Assembly (NCBI GenBank): GCA_047602405.1
Contig: JASGHJ010000002.1
Coordinates: 1,760,001-1,824,000, forward strand
Direction of reading: 5' to 3'
DNA length: 64,000 nt
Origin: Anaeromyxobacteraceae bacterium
GTDB lineage: Bacteria > Myxococcota > Myxococcia > Myxococcales > Anaeromyxobacteraceae
Both the position numbers and the translations under genes were made by a program. Each line of letters opens with the position of its first letter. Positions within the stretch are counted from its first letter, which is position 1. Under the pieces are notes generated by a model that had not been told where the DNA came from, made no database searches, and was given only the letters and a program-made list of their open reading frames with translations. Shown piece after piece: positions 60,235 through 64,000 of the stretch.

Positions 60235-62252
60235 TCCGGCTTGCGCGCTCCCCAGCCGGGCTGCCCTTCCGCGAGCGCCACCGGCTGGCTCGGGTTCTCG
60301 GGTGGCGCCTCCTCGTGCCCGGGCCCGGCGATGCTGTCCGGCCGGGTGACCTTGGCGCCCCACAGCTGGGTCAGCTCCTCCTCCTCCACGACCTCGATGG
60401 TGAGCAGCCTCGCGGCGAGCGCCCCCAGGAGCTCGCGGTGGGTCCGCACGAGGTCCCGCGCGCGGTCGTGCGCCTCGTTCACCATCGCCTGGACCTCCCG
60501 GTCGACCTCGAGCGCGGTCTGCTCGGAGTAGGTCCGCTGCTCCATCCCCTTCACGCCCAGGAACCCCGGCCCGGAGCTGTCGCCGAGCGCGACCGGCCCG
60601 AGGCGGCTCATGCCGTAGTCCCGCACCATGAGCCGCGCGATGGCGGTCGCCTGCTGGAGGTCGTTCGACGCGCCGGTGGACGGCTCGCCGAAGACCTCCT
60701 CCTCGGCCACCCGGCCCCCGAGCAGGCCGGCCATGCGGTCGCGCAGCTCGGCGCGGGTGAGGAGGTACCGGTCCTCGATGGGGAGCTGGAGCGTGTAGCC
60801 GAGCGCGGCCACGCCGCGCGGGATGATCGACACCTTCGTGACCCGGTCGGCGAACGGGAGCTTCCAGGAGACGAGCGCGTGCCCGGCCTCGTGAAAGGCG
60901 ACGATCTCCTTCTCGCGCTCGTTGATGCGGCGGCTCTTCTTCTGTAGCCCCGCCACCACCCGCTCCACCGCCTCCTCGAACTCGGCGCGGGTGACCGAGG
61001 TCTTGCCGCGGCGCGCGGCCAGCAGCGCCGCCTCGTTCACGACGTTCGCGAGGTCGGCGCCGGCGAACCCCGGCGTCCGCGCCGCGACGACCCGCAGGTC
61101 GACGTCCGGCCCGAGCTTCACCTGCCGTGCGTGGATCCGGAGGATTTGCTCGCGGCCCGCCTTGTCGGGCCGGTCGACCAGCACCTGGCGATCGAACCGG
61201 CCGGGGCGGAGCAGCGCCGGGTCGAGGATCTCCGGGCGGTTGGTCGCGCCCATGATGATGAGCCCGGCGCGGGCGTCGAAGCCGTCCATCTCGGCGAGGA
61301 GCTGGTTCAGCGTCTGCTCCCGCTCGTCGTGCCCGCCGACCATGCCCGAGTTGCGCGACTTCCCGAGCGCGTCGAGCTCGTCGATGAAGACGATGCAGGG
61401 CGCCTTCTGCGCGGCCTGCTGGAAGAGGTCGCGCACCCGGGCGGCGCCGACGCCGACGAACATCTCGACGAACTCCGAGCCCGAGAGCGAGAAGAACGCG
61501 ACCCCGGCCTCGCCGGCGGTGGCGCGCGCGAGCAGGGTCTTGCCGGTCCCGGGCGGGCCGATGAGCAGCACGCCCTTCGGGATGCGGCCGCCGAGCTTGC
61601 GGTACTTCTCGGGCGTCTTCAGGAAGTCGACGATCTCCTGCAGCTCCTCCACCGCCTCGTCGATGCCCGCCACGTCGCCGAAGGTGATGCCCGTGTCGGG
61701 CTCGACGTGCACCCGCGCGCGCGTCTTGCCGAACGCCATCACCCCCGGCGGCCCCTGGCCCATCTGCCCGGACATCCGGCGCATCATCCAGGCCCAGAAC
61801 AGGAGCCCCAGCGCGATCGGCGCGATCCAGATCCAGAACAGGTCGCCCATCCCGCCCCCCGCCACCGCGTCGTAAGGGATGCCCTTCTGCTCGATCAGCG
61901 GCACGAGCTCGGCGTCGCCGCCCGGCACGCGGCTCGCCACGTACGGCAGGGCCGGGCCCCCGCCCCGCGCGCCCTCGGCCGCCGGCTTCGGCACGCCGCG
62001 GACCCACTCCGGCCCGATCACCACGCGCTCGAAGGCGCCCTGCCGGACCATCTCCTTCCACTGCGAGTACGGGAGCCGGCGGACGCCGACGTCCTGGAAC
62101 GCGCGGAAGAGGAAGATCGCGAGCGCCACGAGCACGAGCCACGCGATGGGCGAGGCGAGCGGCAGCTTCGGACGCCCCGGCGAGCGCTCGCCGCGCTGCC
62201 CGCTCGTCTTCCTGTCGTCCGAGGACACGGGTGACGGTTCCTTCCCGGGCAA
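60231..62252 (-). CDS. ftsH: ATP-dependent zinc metalloprotease FtsH
   Basis: Two TMs, [32 protein letters not shown] and GASNDL. Confidence 0.96.
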   Translation of the reverse strand: MPGKEPSPVSSDDRKTSGQRGERSPGRPKLPLASPIAWLVLVALAIFLFRAFQDVGVRRLPYSQWKEMVRQGAFERVVIGPEWVRGVPKPAAEGARGGGPALPYVASRVPGGDAELVPLIEQKGIPYDAVAGGGMGDLFWIWIAPIALGLLFWAWMMRRMSGQMGQGPPGVMAFGKTRARVHVEPDTGITFGDVAGIDEAVEELQEIVDFLKTPEKYRKLGGRIPKGVLLIGPPGTGKTLLARATAGEAGVAFFSLSGSEFVEMFVGVGAARVRDLFQQAAQKAPCIVFIDELDALGKSRNSGMVGGHDEREQTLNQLLAEMDGFDARAGLIIMGATNRPEILDPALLRPGRFDRQVLVDRPDKAGREQILRIHARQVKLGPDVDLRVVAARTPGFAGADLANVVNEAALLAARRGKTSVTRAEFEEAVERVVAGLQKKSRRINEREKEIVAFHEAGHALVSWKLPFADRVTKVSIIPRGVAALGYTLQLPIEDRYLLTRAELRDRMAGLLGGRVAEEEVFGEPSTGASNDLQQATAIARLMVRDYGMSRLGPVALGDSSGPGFLGVKGMEQRTYSEQTALEVDREVQAMVNEAHDRARDLVRTHRELLGALAARLLTIEVVEEEELTQLWGAKVTRPDSIAGPGHEEAPPENPSQPVALAEGQPGWGARKPE

Positions 62253-62379
62253 AAGTGCTCACGCGGCCGGGGGGTGGCCACGGCGGGGTGCCGGGAAGGG
62301 TGACGCTGGTGACGTCCTGCGACTTCGGCCAGCCCTCCGGGGCGGCCTCACCGCGGGGCGGACATGCCGGCCCGGGGCC

Positions 62380-62772
62380 TCAGAGCCCGAGCAGCTTCGC
62401 GACGGTCTTCTCGTCGGCGGCCGGGAACTCGTACTGGTCGAGCTCCTCGGGGCGCACCCAGCGGTGGGCGTGCACGCGCAGGTGCTGGATGGGCTCGCCC
62501 GAGACGAGGCGGCACCGGTAGACGCAGAAGTCGATGTCGTAGCCCTCGTAGGCGTGCTCGACGTGGACCACGCGGTCGGCGACCGCCACCTGGATCCGCA
62601 TCTCCTCGGAGAGCTCCCGCGCCAGCGCGGCCTCGTCCGTCTCGCCCGCCTCGACGCGTCCGCCGGGGAACTCCCAGAGCAGCGGCAGCGACGCCGTCGG
62701 GGGGCGCTGGGTGATGAGGTAGCGCCCGTCCTTCTCGATCATCGCCCCCACGACTCGGATCTTCCGGCGCAT
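62380..62772 (-). CDS. MutT/NudG-family Nudix pyrophosphohydrolase
   Basis: WEFPGGRVEAGETDEAALARELSEEM and FPAAD. Confidence 0.92.
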   Translation of the reverse strand: MRRKIRVVGAMIEKDGRYLITQRPPTASLPLLWEFPGGRVEAGETDEAALARELSEEMRIQVAVADRVVHVEHAYEGYDIDFCVYRCRLVSGEPIQHLRVHAHRWVRPEELDQYEFPAADEKTVAKLLGL

Positions 62773-62848
62773 CACGCCTCTCGCTCTCGCCACTGCTCCC
62801 TCGGGGATGCCCCGCGCGGCGGGCGCGCATTGTAGAATTTCAGCCACG

Positions 62849-64000
62849 ATGCCGTCCATCCGCTTCCTCGGTGCCGCCGGGACCGTCACCGGGTCCCGCT
62901 TCCTCGTCGAGGCCGACGGGGCGCGGGTGCTCGTGGACACCGGGCTCTTCCAGGGCCACAAGGAGCTCCGGCTGCGCAACCGGGAGCCCTGGCCCCTCGA
63001 GCCGGCGAGCCTCCAGGCGGTCGTCCTCACCCACGCCCACATCGATCACACCGGGGCGCTGCCGCTCCTCGTCCGCGAGGGCTACCGGGGTCCGGTCCAC
63101 TGCACCCCGGCGACCCGGGACCTCTGCGGCCTGCTCCTGCCCGACTCGGGCCGGCTGCAGGAGGAAGAGTCCCGCTACGCGAACCGGAAGGGCTACTCGA
63201 AGCACGCCCCGTCGGCGGCGCCGCTCTACACCGAGGCCGACGCGGTCAGGGCGCTCCGGCAGCTCACCCCGGTCGCGTACGGGGAGCGGCGGCCGATCGC
63301 CCCGGGGATCACCCTCACCTTCCGCCGCGCCGGGCACATCCTCGGGTCGGCCACGGTCGAGCTCGCGCTCGCGGGCGGCGAGCGGGTGCTCTTCTCCGGG
63401 GACCTCGGCCGGTACGACGCCCCGATCCTGCCCGACCCCGAGGCCGGCGTCGCCACCGACACCCTCGTGGTCGAGAGCACGTACGGCGGTCGGCGCCACG
63501 ACGCCGCGCCGGCGCGGGAGCTCCTGCGGGACGAGGTGCTCCGGGCCGTGAAGCAGGGCGGCGTCGTCGTCGTGCCCGCCTTCGCGATCGGGCGGACCCA
63601 GGAGCTCCTCTTCGAGCTCCGCGCGCTCGAGCGGGCGGGGGAGATCCCCGAGGTGCCGGTCTTCGTCGACTCGCCGATGGCGGTGGACGCGACGCCGCTC
63701 TTCCTCGCCCACCGGGAGGACCACGACGACGAGTTCGCCCGCCTGATCGCGGAGGGCGAGGAGCCCCTCCGCCCGGCGAAGGTCCGGTTCTGCCGCTCGG
63801 CCGAGCAGTCGAAGGCCATCAACGCGGCGAAGGGCCCCTGCATCATCATGTCGGCCTCCGGCATGGCGACCGGCGGGCGCGTGCTCCACCACCTCGCGAA
63901 CCGGCTGCCCGACCCCAGGACGACGGTCCTCCTCGTCGGCTACCAGGCGGCCGGCACCCGGGGCTGGAGCCTCCAGAACGGGGCCCGCACCCTGCGGATG
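62849..64000 (+). CDS. Metallo-beta-lactamase/beta-CASP ribonuclease (truncated by the window edge)
   Basis: FLGAAGTVTGS, THAHIDH, AGHILGS, SGDLG, ESTYG and PAFAIGRTQE. Confidence 0.93.
   Translation, partial: MPSIRFLGAAGTVTGSRFLVEADGARVLVDTGLFQGHKELRLRNREPWPLEPASLQAVVLTHAHIDHTGALPLLVREGYRGPVHCTPATRDLCGLLLPDSGRLQEEESRYANRKGYSKHAPSAAPLYTEADAVRALRQLTPVAYGERRPIAPGITLTFRRAGHILGSATVELALAGGERVLFSGDLGRYDAPILPDPEAGVATDTLVVESTYGGRRHDAAPARELLRDEVLRAVKQGGVVVVPAFAIGRTQELLFELRALERAGEIPEVPVFVDSPMAVDATPLFLAHREDHDDEFARLIAEGEEPLRPAKVRFCRSAEQSKAINAAKGPCIIMSASGMATGGRVLHHLANRLPDPRTTVLLVGYQAAGTRGWSLQNGARTLRM

Overview
This is very GC-rich bacterial chromosomal DNA. Gene content and order point to an Anaeromyxobacter-like myxobacterium (inference). 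Most of the window is housekeeping: mutL, pgi, tmk, thrC, pcm, recG, greA, carB, coaD, rsmD, a glutamate dehydrogenase, degP, grpE and ftsH, plus two sensor kinases, an FHA-GAF-sigma54 activator, TPR proteins and tRNA-Thr(CGT) with a small downstream islet. About 23 single-base frameshifts break otherwise intact genes. Nearly all lie at GATC or GAAGAGC/GCTCTTC, so I read them as methylation-linked sequencing errors, not pseudogenes. Best candidates for something new: (1) a group II intron (26956-28887, minus strand) whose EBS1 (CAUGCC) reads the recG start codon. It sits directly after that GTG and appears to end in a non-canonical AUG, with a compensating C at gamma, that gives recG a new in-frame start. 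(2) An unannotated sigma54-driven two-hairpin sRNA (about 4460-4594) with tandem upstream activator sites. (3) A REP-like palindromic family found as an intergenic tandem array, as a copy bracketed by a direct repeat, and translated in frame inside RecG. All calls were made by eye; no searches were run.
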